Shown: piece by piece, positions 1 to 10,235 of the stretch
Position numbering within the stretch: position 1 is the first letter of the stretch
Layout of the letters: each line of letters starts with the position of its first letter
Assembly: GCA_000997355.1 (NCBI GenBank)
Contig: LCBS01000001.1
Span: 5,191 to 69,190 of the forward strand
Source: a candidate division WWE3 bacterium GW2011_GWB1_41_6
GTDB lineage: Bacteria > Patescibacteriota > WWE3 > UBA101185 > UBA10185
DNA: 64,000 nt
Direction: 5' to 3'
The notes under the pieces: generated by a model
What the model was told of the DNA's origin: nothing
The model's input: the letters and a program-made list of their open reading frames with translations, nothing else
The model's database searches: none
Position numbers and translations under genes: made by a program

Positions 1-23
1 ATAGTACGCCATCAGAAATGACT

Positions 24-512
24 TTATAAAGTATTTTCCGCGTATCCTGTTTTTTTGTTTTGCAGTGAAGGTTTTAAAACTACTCCCACCGCGGTGTAGA
101 TAGGTTTACTTAATAGGAACTCTCTGATTTGCGGGAGCATGGTCGGTTCTATATCACTTCCTATAAGTTTATTGAATTCATTTAAACTCTCACCTGCTAA
201 AAGTTCGTTTAATATCTTATGTCTTTCCTTCTTTGTATCATCAATCGTTGTTCTACTAAACTCCAAAAGCCCAATAGGCTCTCCGCCTTCCATTAATATA
301 TGAACATTTTTCCAAACGGTACCATCAACCTCACCCTGATACTTTTTTGGGTCATCAAGGAACATTTTGGTCGTAAGATCCCCTGAACCCCAGCCCTCAT
401 TTCTCTCAATAATAGGAAGTACATACTTGACGAGTTTTTCTATGTTAATGGGATCGTCTAGAATAGTCTTATTATTTCCGTCCTTGTTAAAATCCAGTTT
501 TATAATTTCCAT
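24..512 (-). CDS. hypothetical protein
   Basis: 162-aa ORF with no recognisable motif. Confidence 0.4.
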   Translation of the reverse strand: MEIIKLDFNKDGNNKTILDDPINIEKLVKYVLPIIERNEGWGSGDLTTKMFLDDPKKYQGEVDGTVWKNVHILMEGGEPIGLLEFSRTTIDDTKKERHKILNELLAGESLNEFNKLIGSDIEPTMLPQIREFLLSKPIYTAVGVVLKPSLQNKKTGYAENTL

Positions 513-525
513 ATATATTGTGCGG

Positions 526-1056
526 TTAAATCTGCGGAATATTTAGAAAAAAATTAATATACCTTAACCGCACAACCCGCATCAATCTTTTAACAGGAAT
601 CCATTTCAAGTTTTTAGTAAACACTGAGTTATCAACTCTTTCGTCACTGAACATATCAAGTGTATCCGCATCCTGAAGAATTTTCGTGTATAGGTCTGTA
701 TTTCTGTTTAGAACTTTAAACGGATAACTGTGAGGATGTCTTTTGCATGCGTTAATAATGATACCTTTTTCTCTGCTATCGATATTAAATTGATCTAAGT
801 ATTTATCAAGTATAGATGCGATATATTTACCCTCAAAAACATAAGTTGCTATTCCGGGGTAGTATTCCGTGTAAGTAAGGTCATGAACATAACAGATGGC
901 TTCTAATAAATTTTTATCGATATCGTAACTATGAGACATTTGCATAGCGCTTTTCACCACATTGTAAACATGGTTCAAGTTATGCTGGCTGCCGTGGGCG
1001 GATGCCATTCTTTTGACAGCTTCGGTCCGGATTTGTTCGAGGGTTTGCTGGTTCAT
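526..1056 (-). CDS. HD-domain metal-dependent phosphohydrolase
   Basis: H...HD...D spacing (NLNHVYNV ... CYVHDLTY ... DADTLD). Confidence 0.55.
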   Translation of the reverse strand: MNQQTLEQIRTEAVKRMASAHGSQHNLNHVYNVVKSAMQMSHSYDIDKNLLEAICYVHDLTYTEYYPGIATYVFEGKYIASILDKYLDQFNIDSREKGIIINACKRHPHSYPFKVLNRNTDLYTKILQDADTLDMFSDERVDNSVFTKNLKWIPVKRLMRVVRLRYINFFLNIPQI

Positions 1057-1070
1057 AAAAGTTTACTTAC

Positions 1071-1841
1071 TTAAAGTTTGGAAACTATTTGAACATTCTT
1101 TACATCGGGATCAACGATCACATACTTGGTGCTGATATAAAAATAACTTTCACCAGAGCTTTCCTGATTCTTAGTAAGAATCTTTTTTGTTGAGGTAAAC
1201 ACACTCTCATCATAAAATGGAGACGGTTCGTCAAGATTTTTTGTTATGTAAACTTCTTTTTCATCCGTGATCATAATCCGGTCTTTTCCACATTGTACGA
1301 GGTTAAGTACCAGGTTCGGTTTAGTCATTGTATAGATTCCGATCTCAAACGTTTCGTATTCAGGACACTGTCTTTTTACATCGTCTTTCAAACCCTCCGG
1401 AATATACATACCTATATAATCGTATCTCACTTCCTCTTTCAGCGATGCACCGGCTTTATCCACACCTAACAGTCTCGCAGTTGAACCAAGTCCCTCACTA
1501 AACATAGTATAAATAAATAACTTGCTTGACCTTTCCTCCACCGAAGAATAATCGGCAATCTCTCCTAAATTACTAATTTTTGTTCCCTGTTTATAAAATG
1601 CGTAACAAGTTGCGCCGACAAAAGGCGAGCATTCTTTATTTTCACGTGTGGAGGCAACTATGAATATTCCTTTATTGTAAGGAAGTTGTTCAACCGGATA
1701 GTAGGTCACGTTCTCAAACTTTATAGAGATATCACCAACGTGCGGTTTGTTTAATATAAAGTATGAACCTGAAATTAAAATTGCTATTAAGACCGCGATG
1801 AAACCGACATTTATATACCCATTCTGTTTACCATGTTTCAT
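1071..1841 (-). CDS. membrane-anchored hypothetical protein
   Basis: N-terminal TM helix (GFIAVLIAILISGSYFIL); no catalytic motif. Confidence 0.45.
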   Translation of the reverse strand: MKHGKQNGYINVGFIAVLIAILISGSYFILNKPHVGDISIKFENVTYYPVEQLPYNKGIFIVASTRENKECSPFVGATCYAFYKQGTKISNLGEIADYSSVEERSSKLFIYTMFSEGLGSTARLLGVDKAGASLKEEVRYDYIGMYIPEGLKDDVKRQCPEYETFEIGIYTMTKPNLVLNLVQCGKDRIMITDEKEVYITKNLDEPSPFYDESVFTSTKKILTKNQESSGESYFYISTKYVIVDPDVKNVQIVSKL

Positions 1842-1971
1842 ATAAATAATTATAACTCAAATGAGTTTCATAGTGAGGTTGGATAATAAATATTCTTGTT
1901 CGGGTTTTCTTCTTGCTTTTTCATTTCTTAAGTATTAATCTTAATTTATTAATTATTTCTAAGGAGTTTAT

Positions 1972-2334
1972 ATGGAAATTAAAGGACATACAATTATTTT
2001 CGCTACAAAAGATAACGATGAGGAAATGGGAAAGTTCTATAAAGAAATTTTAGGATGTACGCAGGATGAGAACGGATTGTGGGATCTTGGGGGTTTAAAA
2101 TTGGGTTTTGACAGACACAGCCAAGCAGCAGAAAAAGCTTTGGAACCGTTCAGATGTATGGTCACACTAACTGTAGATGACATTAACAAGACTGTAAAAG
2201 AATTACAGACTAAAGGAGTTAAGTTTATCAGGATGCCCGGGCAGGAATTTTGGGGAGGATGGTTCGCAACGTTCCAAGATCCGGATGGTAACTATCTTCA
2301 GCTATTCCAGAACGGGGAACCTCCGAAGGAATAG
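1972..2334 (+). CDS. glyoxalase/bleomycin-resistance (VOC) family protein
   Basis: 120 aa; VOC-like beta-alpha-beta pattern (HTIIFATKD ... VKFIRMPGQEFWGGWFATFQDPDGN). Confidence 0.5.
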   Translation: MEIKGHTIIFATKDNDEEMGKFYKEILGCTQDENGLWDLGGLKLGFDRHSQAAEKALEPFRCMVTLTVDDINKTVKELQTKGVKFIRMPGQEFWGGWFATFQDPDGNYLQLFQNGEPPKE

Positions 2335-2391
2335 AGCATAGTACTATAGTATAATATCCAAAATCAAACAAAAGGAGAGGGAGATAAGCAA

Positions 2392-2646
2392 ATGAGTAAG
2401 GTACAAAAAAAGCACTTTCTTTTCTCGGATTTTGGTACGGCAAAACGCGCAATGGAGACATTATGGAATTACCAGGATGCCATTAACGCTCTGCGTACGC
2501 TTTTCACCATCAGTACTAGTGGTAGCGTAACGGACTTAACCCTAAGCAACCGTAGCAGCGATGACGAACCCAACGTAATTCAATTCTTCAACAAACATTT
2601 CCCGGGCTTGTTCACCGTACATGATTTTGAAGACTATATTCATTAA
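2392..2646 (+). CDS. small hypothetical protein
   Basis: Strong RBS (aaggagagggag) 9 nt upstream of ATG; 84 aa. Confidence 0.4.
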   Translation: MSKVQKKHFLFSDFGTAKRAMETLWNYQDAINALRTLFTISTSGSVTDLTLSNRSSDDEPNVIQFFNKHFPGLFTVHDFEDYIH

Positions 2647-2670
2647 TAAATGTCAGTATTGTTTACGTAA

Positions 2671-2718
2671 CCCTCTCGTCCGTTTGGGTATAAACCGCAA
2701 CGGATCGGAGGGTTTTTT
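2671..2718 (+). terminator. rho-independent terminator
   Basis: Hairpin ccctctcgtccgtt / aacggatcggaggg followed by TTTTTT. Confidence 0.5.
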
Positions 2719-2758
2719 AATCTCCTTTTTGTTGTTATAAATCTCTCCTGACCATATA

Positions 2759-4459
2759 ATGAAACATATGGACAACATCTTTTATCAACTTGCCCTGGTT
2801 TTGGTGTTAGCTTCAGGAATCGGTCTTTTTGTTCTTAAAGTAAAACTCCCTCTGGTCGTTGCTTACCTCATCACAGGCTTGGTCTTATCCGTAGTCCGGC
2901 TTTTTGACCTGGGACATTCCCCCGTTTTTGAAGTGTTGCCTGAAATAGGTATTGCTTTTGTCTTGTTTCTGATTGGGATGGAGCTGAAACTTAATGAACT
3001 TAAAGTACTCGGAAAACCTATCTTTATAGCAGCCATAGGGCAGATTATTATATCCACACTTCTGGGTTACGCTATCTCCCGTTTGTTAGGATTTGGCAGT
3101 TCGGAAGGTTTATACCTTGGACTGGGTCTTGCATTCTCATCCACGGTTGTTGTTATAAAAATGCTCTTAGAGAGCAGGGACCTCAGTTCTTTATTCGGAA
3201 AGTTATCTATCGGAATGCTGTTGGTAGAAGACTTAGTCGCTATTGCAGTTTTGATGATGATCTCGGTTAGCAGTTCAGCTATCGGCACGGGTCTTCCGGC
3301 AAGTTATCCATTATTAATGCTTTTGCTAAAAGCTGCAGGGTTGTTCGTTCTAACATTCGTTCTGTCTAAATACATACTCAATAAGGTGTTTGAATATACG
3401 GCACACTCTAAAGAACTTTTGTATATAACTTCTATTACGTGGTGTTTCGCATTTACAAGTCTGGCGGTATTCGCCGGCTTTTCTATCGAGATCGGAGCTT
3501 TTTTGGCAGGAGTTGCGCTCGCCTCTTCCCCATATCACATGCAGATCCAGGCAAAAATAAAGCCGATGCGTGATTTCTTCCTTGCTCTGTTTTTTATTTA
3601 TCTGGGATCAACAGCGGAGTTTAGGGACCTGCGGGCGTCAATACCGATAATTGTTATCTTCACTTTATACGCTCTAATTATTAAACCGGTCGTTTATATG
3701 GCACTTTTGAGCAGATTCGGCTTTAGAAAACACACTATTTTCCAAACGGCGTTAAATCTCTCACAAGTCTCGGAATTTTCATTAATAGTGTTGCTGGTAG
3801 GCGTAAATGCAGGCTTAATTGAACCAATAACCATATCTATTATGGCTGCCGTTGCAGTACTTTCTATCACAGTATCTTCCATACTCATTTCCTTCTCGAA
3901 AAAAGTGTATAAACCTGTAGCACCTTTAGTCGGGCTTCTGGAAACAAAAGGAAAATCCCATTATTACGAACGCAAAGTTAACGACACTTTAGTTGAACAT
4001 ATTATTGTTATAGGAGCACACAGGGTCGGAAGTCCTATTGTCAGGTATCTTCACGACAACCAAATACCTTTTATTGTCATGGACTTTAACCCGACAATAG
4101 TTCATAACCTTGTAGAAAAAGGGGTTAACGCTGTATATGGAGATATCGGAGATCCCGAGATAATTGAATTCTTACACTTAGAAAAAGCAAAGTTAGTAAT
4201 ATGTACCGCTTCGGATTTTTCGGACAACGAACTCTTGCTAAACCTTACAAAAGAAGTAAATAAAGAAGCGACTGTTGTTTTACGGGCTTTAGATTCAGAG
4301 TATGCTCGTATTTTAAAAACGTTAGGCGCCGACTATGTTCTACTGCCGGAAAAAGTGTCCGGAGATTATATTGTTCATCAGATAAAACATTATTGGCCGA
4401 ATGTGAATTTTAAGGATGGCATAACTTTTAACAACAAAGCTATAAGTTCACTGGTCTAA
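2759..4459 (+). CDS. CPA2-family cation:proton antiporter with C-terminal RCK/TrkA-N domain (Kef-type)
   Basis: Many TM helices, then a Rossmann GxGxxG-like segment (IIVIGAHRVGSPIVRYL). Confidence 0.7.
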   Translation: MKHMDNIFYQLALVLVLASGIGLFVLKVKLPLVVAYLITGLVLSVVRLFDLGHSPVFEVLPEIGIAFVLFLIGMELKLNELKVLGKPIFIAAIGQIIISTLLGYAISRLLGFGSSEGLYLGLGLAFSSTVVVIKMLLESRDLSSLFGKLSIGMLLVEDLVAIAVLMMISVSSSAIGTGLPASYPLLMLLLKAAGLFVLTFVLSKYILNKVFEYTAHSKELLYITSITWCFAFTSLAVFAGFSIEIGAFLAGVALASSPYHMQIQAKIKPMRDFFLALFFIYLGSTAEFRDLRASIPIIVIFTLYALIIKPVVYMALLSRFGFRKHTIFQTALNLSQVSEFSLIVLLVGVNAGLIEPITISIMAAVAVLSITVSSILISFSKKVYKPVAPLVGLLETKGKSHYYERKVNDTLVEHIIVIGAHRVGSPIVRYLHDNQIPFIVMDFNPTIVHNLVEKGVNAVYGDIGDPEIIEFLHLEKAKLVICTASDFSDNELLLNLTKEVNKEATVVLRALDSEYARILKTLGADYVLLPEKVSGDYIVHQIKHYWPNVNFKDGITFNNKAISSLV

Positions 4460-5387
4460 GCCACAACTCAAGAATAATAAAAAGTACGTATAAGGATAGA
4501 AGTATCGCACCTTCCTTTCTGTCAAGCTTTTTATTCCTCGTGAAAAGTAAAAATAGCGCAGCCCCTATTGGAAGCAGCAAAAGGTTATATTTAATTCCAC
4601 CGCTTATTTGGATCGGCTGCCGGTAGAACAAAGTGAGGAACCCAAGTATTAATGTGTTCAGGGCAGCAGATCCGATATAATCCCCCAAAGCGATCGTTTT
4701 CTTTTTAAGAATTGTGGACCTGATAAGAACAGTCAGTTCAGGCAGATTTGTGCCTATGGACAAAAGTATGAGTCCAATTAAAAACGGTGCCACTGAGAAT
4801 TTGTTCGCATATAAAACTGCTGTATCAACAATAAACTTACATGAAATAATTATCAGCACTATACCAAACAATATCTTTAGAGATTCTATGAAAATATTCA
4901 CATTATGATGGTTTATTACTTCCTCAATCTTATCCAGTAAAGTATTCCTCCTGGAAATCGTCATTACCAAAAGTCCAAACGAGAAGATCATAACAAAAGC
5001 GTCTACGATACTTATGACATTATCTAAAACTAAAATTACAGGTAAAGAAATTACTAAAAAAGCGAAAGGGAAATTGATCGGTTCTGCTTTTTCATTAAGA
5101 TGTATCCCTTTATTTAAGACGACAAGGAGAGGAATTATCAACAAAGAAAGCACTACAGAACCACCGATCAAGTTTCCAACGGATATGCCGGGTGTTTTAT
5201 CTATAATGGAAAAGTAAGCTACAGAAATTTCGCTAACCGATGTAAGAACTCCTAAAGCAAAGAAAGAAATTAAAAAAGAGGGGATCTTTACATACCTGGA
5301 AACTTTCTCAACGCCGCTGATCGAAATACCGGAGCCTACCCATAAAACCAGAAATGCGATAAGCAAAAACGATAGATCTTGTATCAT
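4440..5387 (-). CDS. Ca2+/cation antiporter (CaCA, YrbG-like)
   Basis: Two alpha-repeat signatures (GNLIGGSVV ... GTNLPELTVLI); polytopic. Confidence 0.6.
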   Translation of the reverse strand: MIQDLSFLLIAFLVLWVGSGISISGVEKVSRYVKIPSFLISFFALGVLTSVSEISVAYFSIIDKTPGISVGNLIGGSVVLSLLIIPLLVVLNKGIHLNEKAEPINFPFAFLVISLPVILVLDNVISIVDAFVMIFSFGLLVMTISRRNTLLDKIEEVINHHNVNIFIESLKILFGIVLIIISCKFIVDTAVLYANKFSVAPFLIGLILLSIGTNLPELTVLIRSTILKKKTIALGDYIGSAALNTLILGFLTLFYRQPIQISGGIKYNLLLLPIGAALFLLFTRNKKLDRKEGAILLSLYVLFIILELWLRPVNL

Positions 5388-5452
5388 TTAGTAATTAAAT
5401 CACATATAAACCTGTTTTTGTTAAAGTAATTTAAAAGTTGTTATCCTAGGTA

Positions 5453-6103
5453 TTAGATAAATTTTAGTATAGTTAGAAGATCGTTACTGTGAACGTAGAA
5501 TTTTGCGTTACTCTCAACTTCTTTTCTGCAGACATTTCCTCCAAACCCTACGAAGGTCTCAACGAATGCTTCCACCGAAAGGTCCGTACATCCGTCACCA
5601 ACGAATAAGGTTCTTTCCTTATTAAAAAGCTTATTAATAATCCGCGCTTTTCCGTTATCTTCAAGTAAAGTCTGCCCGGGTTGGATGCCAATATAATTAC
5701 CGTTTTCGTTAAAAAGCAAATTTAGCGCCAGTACATTTTCCTTTGGTAGCCCAAGATATTCTCCCAGTATGTCGCACGGTTGTTTTATTCCACCCGATAT
5801 TATAAAAACCTCTATCCCCCTTTCCATGCACTCGGCAACCATCTCCTTTGCCCCTAGAGTAATATTATTAATATATTGTTCACCCAACCATTCAAGGTCC
5901 CTTATAGTGGGCTTTATTAGGTCCCATCTTTCCTTAAAGGCCGTATTAAAGTCAAGCTGCCCATTCATCGCGCGCTGTGTAAGTTCAGTTACTTTTTTGT
6001 ACACTCCGTTCTTTTTTGCAAGTTCGTCCGCACCTTCTATTGTTACTAAGGTACTGTCACAGTCGAACACTATTGTGTCGTATAAGTTCGTTTTTGTATC
6101 CAT
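5453..6103 (-). CDS. HAD-superfamily phosphatase (phosphoserine phosphatase-like)
   Basis: DxDST motif (FDCDSTL) and C-terminal GDGxxD (VGDGCTD). ATG at 6103 is preferred over the upstream GTG at 6151. Confidence 0.55.
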   Translation of the reverse strand: MDTKTNLYDTIVFDCDSTLVTIEGADELAKKNGVYKKVTELTQRAMNGQLDFNTAFKERWDLIKPTIRDLEWLGEQYINNITLGAKEMVAECMERGIEVFIISGGIKQPCDILGEYLGLPKENVLALNLLFNENGNYIGIQPGQTLLEDNGKARIINKLFNKERTLFVGDGCTDLSVEAFVETFVGFGGNVCRKEVESNAKFYVHSNDLLTILKFI

Positions 6104-6246
6104 AAAAAAAGCCCCTAAATGTGATAGGGTCCTTGTTGTGGATGGAGCCACAGAAAACTTTTATATTTTACTTTTGTATTGTTACTTTAGCAATAGTGTA
6201 AGCAAATATTTTAAGCGTGGCTATGTTCGTGTACTATAGTTAATAT

Positions 6247-6846
6247 ATGACTAAAAGCACATATAACCCTTTGATATCTGAGTCCGCTGAGAATAATATG
6301 GAAAATTTTAGACGGGATTGTCCCAAAGTATTTAAGGCTCTTGAAGAAAGAGCACCAAGAAAACTGGTTATCCAAGTTCCTAAAGAACATTTAGATACTG
6401 CAGAAACCATGCTAAGGGAAAGTCATTGGCGGATCCATTCGGATAAAGCTCCTTTTATTGCAGTCGACGTAGCAGAATTATTAGAAAGAGAGGGAGTAAC
6501 CCCGGATAATTTTAACCGCGAAATGATATATAGTGATGCGTTAACGCAATTGCCGGAAGATAGAACGGAAGCGGCCGGCCGGGATGCACTGGATAAATTT
6601 CAAAGAATGTGCGCACCTTATGGGGATGCAAAAACTCCGGTCTTACTGTTTATAAGAAACTTTGACGCAGTAACATCACAACTGCCTGATAACTACCCCT
6701 GGCCTGAGATCGGAAATTTATTACTAACAACGGTTAGGGTAGGTGGAAATTTTAAAATATGTTTACATGTCACAGATACTGATAAGATACGGGATCCGGG
6801 AAGCAGGTTGAACGACGCACAGATAGTACTCGATTCAGAGTTGTGA
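6247..6846 (+). CDS. hypothetical protein
   Basis: 199-aa ORF, slightly GC-richer, no motif recognised. Confidence 0.4.
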   Translation: MTKSTYNPLISESAENNMENFRRDCPKVFKALEERAPRKLVIQVPKEHLDTAETMLRESHWRIHSDKAPFIAVDVAELLEREGVTPDNFNREMIYSDALTQLPEDRTEAAGRDALDKFQRMCAPYGDAKTPVLLFIRNFDAVTSQLPDNYPWPEIGNLLLTTVRVGGNFKICLHVTDTDKIRDPGSRLNDAQIVLDSEL

Positions 6847-6926
6847 TCTAACCTAGTGACGTAAAAAACTCACGACAAGTATACCCTGATTTTTCATATG
6901 TATCGTCGGGTGATAAAATAACCTTC

Positions 6927-7181
6927 ATGATAGGAGAACTAAAAAATAACTGGGAGGAGAAAGACAACAAGCTTTTTATCCGTACAAAGCAGGAAAACTT
7001 TACAGACTGTGTAGAGCTGATAAATAAGATCGCGCGAATTGCTGAGGAACAAAATCACCATCCCAACTTGTTCATAAAAGAATATAGAATTCTAGAGATC
7101 GAGATTTATACTCACGATGAAAATACAGTGACGGAGAAAGATTGGAAGCTGGCCGTTGAAATTGATGATCTCTTAAGGTAA
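6927..7181 (+). CDS. pterin-4a-carbinolamine dehydratase-like (PCD/DCoH)
   Basis: EEQNHHPNL ... IYTHD pattern typical of PCD. Confidence 0.5.
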   Translation: MIGELKNNWEEKDNKLFIRTKQENFTDCVELINKIARIAEEQNHHPNLFIKEYRILEIEIYTHDENTVTEKDWKLAVEIDDLLR

Positions 7182-7226
7182 TTGTGGATTAAGTGTCTCG
7201 TAGTGTACCAATTACTAACAATAAAA

Positions 7227-7946
7227 CTAGATTAGGTTTAGCAATTGTTCTCTCCAAGCAGGTATAAACTCATTACCCGGGCAAATAATAGAGTTATGTA
7301 CCTCTCTGTGACCTAAAATTCTTCCTTTTTCGATTTGTGAATAATGTTTTTTAATTAACTTGGCAAGTGAACCAAGCATCGCTGAATTTGGAGACTTTAA
7401 TTCCAGGTCATCGTCCAGACATATCCCTACGCTTCTTGCATTTATATCCCAATTACCTGCGTGCCAACCTATATACTTATCATCCAGTAACCGTTCAATA
7501 CTACCATCCTGTTTAACTAGCCAATGGTAGCCGTAAAACACTTGTTCTTGGTCAACAAAATGTCCAGACCAAACTGCCCGACCTTTAATTTCCCTGTTTT
7601 CCTGGCTTGGGTTAGTAAAAAATGGTACATACAACCTTAACAGATGCATGACGTTTAATCTACTATTTGTAAGCCCATTCGCCCGACTGGAGTGATGGAC
7701 GATTAGAGTATCGATGGTTTTTCTCTCATCATCCCAATTAGGACCTGTTTCACTAACTTGTAAGATACCTTCTGATAGACTTTTTCCAACATAGTCATAA
7801 ATCTCATCTACTATTTCCTCTCGTTCCTGTCGCGGCAGCTCCTTAACAGTATTCTCAATACGCTTGAAATCTTCACCCAAATAAAGGTACCAATCAATTT
7901 TACTTATATTTTTACTCCACAGGTCTCTGTCAAAAATATTTGGCAT
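7227..7946 (-). CDS. N-acetylmuramoyl-L-alanine amidase (amidase_2/PGRP fold)
   Basis: VHHSS ... GYHWLV ... GWHAGNWDINARSVGICL resembles the amidase_2 zinc site. Confidence 0.6.
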   Translation of the reverse strand: MPNIFDRDLWSKNISKIDWYLYLGEDFKRIENTVKELPRQEREEIVDEIYDYVGKSLSEGILQVSETGPNWDDERKTIDTLIVHHSSRANGLTNSRLNVMHLLRLYVPFFTNPSQENREIKGRAVWSGHFVDQEQVFYGYHWLVKQDGSIERLLDDKYIGWHAGNWDINARSVGICLDDDLELKSPNSAMLGSLAKLIKKHYSQIEKGRILGHREVHNSIICPGNEFIPAWREQLLNLI

Positions 7947-7948
7947 AT

Positions 7949-9205
7949 CTAATCTGTAAAATATCGTAAATAAGAAATTGTTTTTAACACAAAATCCATT
8001 AACTTATCCGTAACAGATTGTGGGTAAAAGTAATTTCTCTTTACTACACTTTTATATGCAATATCAAGTCTGTTATTCAACTTTGCTTTACGTTTTAGTA
8101 ATACCTCATCTGTAACTGCATTTTCATTTTTTAGTTTCTCAGAAACGGATTCAAGCACAATACCCTGAGAAGATTCCAAACTTGTTAAGGAAGTTAAAAG
8201 TTCTACACAAGTTACAACATCTGCTTTCTTAATTTCTTCAGACCTGATTATTCCATCATCTGCGCCATTATGTTTATATATGTTTGGTATGGTTAGGGTG
8301 CAAATATTTGGGGTTAGTTCGAACTGTGTAAAAGGTCTGGAATCGCACGAATCTTTTATCACCCCAACCTGAAGTTTAAGACTAGATGTATGTGCAATTT
8401 GTCTAAGTGTCAGCTCTAATTTGTTTGGTCCGGGATTCTTGTAGCCAAAAAGACACCCGGTGTTACTAAGCTGCAAAACAGGACCTCCGTTATAATCGAC
8501 TGCACCATATTTTTCGGAGTCGATACTTTCCGTTTTTAAACATTCCAAGTTCAATACATAATCATCAGTGGTTAAGTTAATATAGTTTGTTCTAGTTAAC
8601 CACCAAGAACTTACTTGATGTACTTCTTCATGTTTCATAAATGCCAAGAACACATCATATGTATTACCAATCAACTTGCTGGTTAACAGATAAAGCAATA
8701 TGGAAACCATTAATCCATCATCAGCGTTATAAAGATTAAGTGTAGTATCGGTTTCATCAAATGGAAAAATATCAAGCATACCGATCGAATTCCTAGGTAC
8801 TTCAAAATCAGCCTTTACCCATAACTCTTGCTTGGGACCCGGAATTATTTTATCTATTTTGGCATTACCAATGAATTCCCCTGCCGGATTGTAAACTCGC
8901 ACTTTAATATCATTTTCATCTAAATACTCAATTATGTTTTTTGTACCAACAAGACCTAAAAGTTGGCCACGTTTATCATTCTCAAGAACAATTCCCGGGT
9001 GATCGGTGTGTGCCATTATTAACAACTTTTTCCTCCCTATCAGAACCTGTGGTTCAACTAAAATCACGTATTCGTTTTCTTCGTATCGGATGTGCGCACT
9101 ATCTAGTGTATTTTTTATATATTGTGACGTATGTTTTTGTGCAAATGGGGCATTAGGGATTTTTTGGTAGTCTTCAATTATTTTCTTTAGCTTTGTATCG
9201 ATCAT
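7949..9205 (-). CDS. M42-family metallopeptidase-like protein
   Basis: MAHTDHPG, ADDGLMV and HEEV segments in M42-like order; may be degenerate. Confidence 0.4.
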   Translation of the reverse strand: MIDTKLKKIIEDYQKIPNAPFAQKHTSQYIKNTLDSAHIRYEENEYVILVEPQVLIGRKKLLIMAHTDHPGIVLENDKRGQLLGLVGTKNIIEYLDENDIKVRVYNPAGEFIGNAKIDKIIPGPKQELWVKADFEVPRNSIGMLDIFPFDETDTTLNLYNADDGLMVSILLYLLTSKLIGNTYDVFLAFMKHEEVHQVSSWWLTRTNYINLTTDDYVLNLECLKTESIDSEKYGAVDYNGGPVLQLSNTGCLFGYKNPGPNKLELTLRQIAHTSSLKLQVGVIKDSCDSRPFTQFELTPNICTLTIPNIYKHNGADDGIIRSEEIKKADVVTCVELLTSLTSLESSQGIVLESVSEKLKNENAVTDEVLLKRKAKLNNRLDIAYKSVVKRNYFYPQSVTDKLMDFVLKTISYLRYFTD

Positions 9206-10167
9206 AAAACTCTAAACAAATAAATGGCAATAAAACTTAGCACTAACTGGATTATGCCTGCACGCTGTACAATCTTTGTATCTGCCCAACCCTTATTTAA
9301 TAGGTGAAGGTGCAAGGGGGCTATTACAAATACCTTTCTTTTCAGATATCTTATTGAAAACATTTGAATTAGGCTGCTTAACCCGTCAACAATTATGAGA
9401 CTAAATAAAACGAATATTGGTATCAGATTGTACCGTAATCCTAAAAATGCAATAAAAAAGCCTAAAGGCATGCTTCCTGCATCTCCCAAGAAAACCCTCG
9501 CAGGTTTTATATTGAAATATAGAAAAACGAAGAGAAAAGAAAATAATATTATTACTAGATTTACCAAATTAACATTGTTATGACTGGAAATTTCAAAATA
9601 ACCTAAAACCGGAAAAATATACATACACAAAGTTCCCACCAACCCATCGAGACCATCCACAATGTTAACAGAGTTTGTTATAAAAACTATGAATAACAAA
9701 GTGAATGGCAAAATAAATAAGGACGGTACTGAAATTAAATATAATAAGAGCACCACGATTATGAATTGAGATACCAATTTTTGTCCTGTGGTTAGACCCC
9801 ATCTTTTAACCTTTTCGTACCCAAAGTATTTCACAACATCATCCAAAAATCCCAATAATGTAAATACAGCTAGAACAAGCATTAAAACAAGTGTTTGTGT
9901 GGATCCAAAGAACATCTGAAAGAAAACAAGGTCCAGGAGAAGTAAAATTCCAAAACTGGAGGGAGTGTCCATATTTGATAATAAGTGATTATAATAATTG
10001 GGGTTTCGTTTTGACGTATCAACTTTATCAGACGTTTTCGTCTTGTAAAACTTGTTTCTATATAATAAATTTATCAATGGGATTGCTACTAATCCATTCA
10101 GCACCAATCCGATAAAAAACAGCGTTAGATGGTCAGTGTTTAGCAACATATAGTGATTATAACTCAT
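9202..10167 (-). CDS. GT4 polyprenyl-phosphate sugar-1-phosphate transferase (MraY/WecA-like)
   Basis: NSVNIVDGLDGL motif and ~10 TM helices. MraY-specific GTPTMGG was not seen, so the generic family call is kept. Confidence 0.6.
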   Translation of the reverse strand: MSYNHYMLLNTDHLTLFFIGLVLNGLVAIPLINLLYRNKFYKTKTSDKVDTSKRNPNYYNHLLSNMDTPSSFGILLLLDLVFFQMFFGSTQTLVLMLVLAVFTLLGFLDDVVKYFGYEKVKRWGLTTGQKLVSQFIIVVLLLYLISVPSLFILPFTLLFIVFITNSVNIVDGLDGLVGTLCMYIFPVLGYFEISSHNNVNLVNLVIILFSFLFVFLYFNIKPARVFLGDAGSMPLGFFIAFLGLRYNLIPIFVLFSLIIVDGLSSLIQMFSIRYLKRKVFVIAPLHLHLLNKGWADTKIVQRAGIIQLVLSFIAIYLFRVL

Positions 10168-10235
10168 GGAGTTTATTTACCAGAAGAGCAAGCTGTCATC
10201 AATTCACGGTCGACTATAACAGACGATGTTTGTAA

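Noticed and set aside
2228-4000. Many 60-80 aa ORFs antisense to or nested in long genes (e.g. 2228..2461, 2863..3057, 3067..3288, 3350..3538, 3694..3888, 39625..40155, 40711..41055, 49434..49811, 50785..51177)
   Set aside because: These are shadows of clearly motif-bearing genes on the other strand or frame. They have low-complexity composition and no RBS.
9202-10167. Specific MraY annotation
   Set aside because: The DG..GL motif is shared with WecA/TagO-type GT4 enzymes. The MraY-specific GTPTMGG-like loop was not found, so the generic family call is kept.
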